Source: Mustelus asterias
Lineage: Eukaryota
NCBI RefSeq assembly: GCF_964213995.1
Contig: NC_135810.1
Location: 3,720,001 to 3,784,000, forward strand
Direction: 5' to 3'
DNA length: 64,000 nucleotides
The notes under the pieces are model-generated. The model was given only the letters and a program-made list of their open reading frames with translations. It ran no database searches and was not told where the DNA came from. Shown one piece after another: positions 61,280 to 64,000 of the stretch (positions within the stretch are counted from its first letter, which is position 1; each line of letters opens with the position of its first letter). The translations under genes were made by a program, and so were the position numbers.

Positions 61280-61800
61280 TTAATGGGCAGTGCTTCCACC
61301 TCGACAGCAGAAGGTTGTGTGAGTTCAAATTGCACCCCAAATACTTCATCACAAAGAATGAGCCTTCACGCTCAATGTGGCATTATAGAATTATAGAAAC
61401 CTACAGCACAGAAGGAGACCATTTGGCCCATTGAGTATGCACCGACCACAATCCCATCCAGGCCCTATCCCCATAACCCAATGCATTTAACCTAGCTAGT
61501 ATCCCTGACACAAAGGGGCAATTTAGCATGGCCAATGCACCTAACCCACACATCTTTGGACTGTGGGAGGAAACCGGAGCACCCGAAGGAAACCCACGTA
61601 GACACGGGGTGAACGTGCAAACTCCAAGCAGATAGTGACCCAAACTGGGAATCGAACGCAGATCCCTGGTACTGTGAGGCAGTAGTGCTAACTCTGTGCC
61701 ACCATACCCTCGTGTCTTATCAGATCATGCTCGGTGAGAATTTAAACAAAAGTCCTGTCTGGCCTCTCAGGTTGAGTTGTGTAAAGAGCTCAGCCATTTA
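61280..61800 (+). mobile_element. Old DeuSINE-like element split by an HE1 SINE
   Basis: Head cagaaggttgtgtgagttcaa before 61385; ttaaac...cctgtctggcctctcaggt..gtaaaga after 61710. Confidence 0.4.
61385..61710 (-). mobile_element. HE1-type V-SINE, full length
   Basis: Complete tail-body-head sequence on the minus strand. Confidence 0.9.
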
Positions 61801-61846
61801 CAACTAAGATTTCAATTTATGTGCTCTGTTTGTTTTGAGCAGAATT

Positions 61847-62407
61847 TTGATTAGATTTATTATTGTCACATGTATTAGGATACAGTGAAAAATATTGTTT
61901 TTTGCATGCTATACAGACAAAGCTTTCCATTCATAGAGAAGGAAACTGAGAGAGTCATAGCTAGGGTGTAGAGAAAGATCAACTTAGTGCAAGGTAGGTC
62001 CATTCAAAAGTTCGATGGCAGCAGGGAAGAAGCTGTTCTTGAGTCGGTTGGTATGTGTCCTCAGACTTTTGTATCTTTTTCCCGACGGAAGAAGGTGGAA
62101 GAGAGAATGTCTGGGGTGCGTGGGGTATTTGATTATGCCGGCAGCTTTTCCGAGGCAGTGGGGAGTGTAGACAGAGTCAATGGATGGGAGGCTGGTCTGC
62201 GTGATGGATTGGGCTACATTCACGGCCCTTTGTAGTTTCTTGCGATCTTGGGCAGAGCAGGAGCCATACCAAGCTGTGATACAATCAGAAAGGATGCTCT
62301 CTATGGTACATCCATAAAAGTTGGTGAGAGTTGTAGCTGACATGCCAAATTTCCTTTGTCTTCTGAAAAAGTAGAAGCGTTGGTGGGTTTTCTTAACTAT
62401 AGTGTCG
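61847..62407 (-). mobile_element. Rex1/Babar LINE 3' end
   Basis: ORF 61984-62556 C-terminal part is near-identical to the 381-740 peptide. Confidence 0.85.
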
Positions 62408-62590
62408 GTTTCTTCCCACAGTCCAAAGATGTGTGGGTTAGGTTTATTGGCCATGGTAAATTGCCCCATACTGGCAGGGGTATCAGTAGGGTAAATACGT
62501 GGGGTTGGGAGATAGGGCCTGGGTGGATTGTGGTCGGTGCAGACTCGATTGGCCAAATGGCCTCCTTCTGCACTGTAGGGATTCTACGAT
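62408..62590 (+). mobile_element. HE1-type V-SINE 3' half abutting the LINE
   Basis: tttcttcccacagtccaaagatgtg through cactgtagggattcta. Confidence 0.8.
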
Positions 62591-62939
62591 TTAAAATTTT
62601 TTATTAACACTCTGCAATCATTGTGTTTTGGGAGCAAATTTCATTAACACACACCTGCCCGCTGTAAACAGTGGAGAGACTGTGTAGAGGAGAAAACAAG
62701 AGTTAAAATGGCAATGGTGATTTAGCGAACTGCAACTCAACAGACAGGTCTTCACCCTCCTCTCAGCCTGACTGTCTGAGGTTGTTGGTCATTTTAAAAC
62801 TGGGTGGCCTGCCTCAATGGTATAATTTTGAACATTTCTGTAAAGACACCGTCCAGACAATCACCCAGAATGGAGAATCCAGATTGATTTGATTTACCTG
62901 TATAGAGATTGGCATAAAGGGTTTCCATGGCATCAGTTA

Positions 62940-63440
62940 CATAGAATTGATTAGCTGAGTGTAGAATTTTACAGTACAGCAACAGGCAATTTTGCCTAAC
63001 TGGTGTATATATTATATCTATAAATCTTTATCTATACATTGATAAAAGGTAAAACATATGCATACACTAATTGAATGTCATAGAAACTTTAAGGGGAAGC
63101 TAAGAAACACACAAGGGAGAAAGGAACAGAAAGATATGCAGATTGAGTGAGATGACGAGAGGTGGGAGAAACCTTGAGTGGAGCAGAAACAACAGCATGG
63201 ACCAAATGGGCTGAATGGCCTGTTTCTATGCTGAAAAATCCACATAAAGCTGTGTACTCCGTGTGGTACTGAGTTCCACATTCTCATCACTGTCTGGGTA
63301 AAGAGGTTCCTCCTGAATTCCCTATTAGATTTATTAGTGACTATCGCATATTCATGGTCCCTCCACGAGTGCAGACATTTGCTCTACATCTGCCCTATCA
63401 AGTCCTTTCTGATCTAAAGGAACTTGAGCAGGTCACTCTT
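62940..63440. mobile_element. Degenerate CR1 3' fragments in both orientations
   Basis: tttaaggggaagcta..., gggctgaatggcctgtttctatgctg and gagttccacattctcatcactgtctgggtaaaga motifs. Confidence 0.5.
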
Positions 63441-64000
63441 CATTCTTTAACTTTGCTCGAGTTCCTTTGCTTCTCTCATGCCCTATCTGGCGATGCAGTA
63501 TTTATGCCTGAGAGATTATTAGATGCTTCAAATTGATTTGCTTGAAATCTCTTACAGTAATTGGCAAATATTACATTAACCTTCATGCAACTATGGTTTG
63601 TCAAAGGATTGGAAAGACAATGGGAGGGGAAAACTGAAGCCATATCACCAGTTTACCACCCAGAGTGTGTGTAGTGTGAAGAGAGGGTGTATCCATCCAA
63701 TGGAGATAAAGTGGGGATAATTTAACTTTTAGCACCAAGCTGTAAACAAGTGTCGGCACCTCAGCCCGTCCAGACCTTCTATCATCAGTAGAAATAGTGG
63801 AAATATTGATAAACTCAATGCCTAGCCACCAGTGGAAAGTTATCTCAAAGAACTCTTACGGGAGGTTCTTTGGCTCTCCATGCATATGTTGTCCATTGAA
63901 AGCTTAAAACAAATGTCAGTTTGGCTACTCCATTGTATTCTATTAATATGGAAGATGGGAAGGAAAGATGGGCGAAAGGAGAGTTAGGCAGTATTTAAAA

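Noticed and set aside
61984-62556. 190-aa chimeric ORF
   Set aside because: Accidental fusion of antisense SINE sequence with a Rex-Babar RT C-terminus.
62794-62982. Possible CLYBL last exon (PLRQATQ resembles recalled PLLKQAQ) on the strand expected from synteny
   Set aside because: Similarity is only a few residues, the MID.P motif is absent and no convincing acceptor was found.

Overview
Vertebrate genomic DNA, almost certainly an elasmobranch (shark): it carries HE1-type V-SINEs and CR1, Rex-Babar, RTE and Penelope-like retroelements. The core is an intact head-to-head Zic pair. Zic2 is on the minus strand (3 exons, 32805->29190, 450 aa) and Zic5 on the plus strand (2 exons, 43331->48492, 481 aa). 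The pair sits in a ~36 kb transposon-poor, CpG-retaining domain (~21.4-57.5 kb) with many enhancer-like blocks. Both flanks are dense with nested repeats. A CpG-rich promoter and an 18-codon first exon at 7306->7253 (minus) is probably exon 1 of PCCA, inferred from synteny and exon structure. The most notable observations are: two minimal hammerhead-ribozyme motifs in Penelope-like termini, one with a compensatory U3-A8 core; a loopless 39-bp palindrome from the same element family between the Zic genes; a non-AUG N-terminal extension, uORF and G-quadruplex in the Zic5 leader; and a 2 kb 29-bp minisatellite that grew out of a CR1 segment. I found no convincing wholly new system. Family and orthologue assignments rest on my recollection of consensus sequences, not on searches, and repeat boundaries are approximate.
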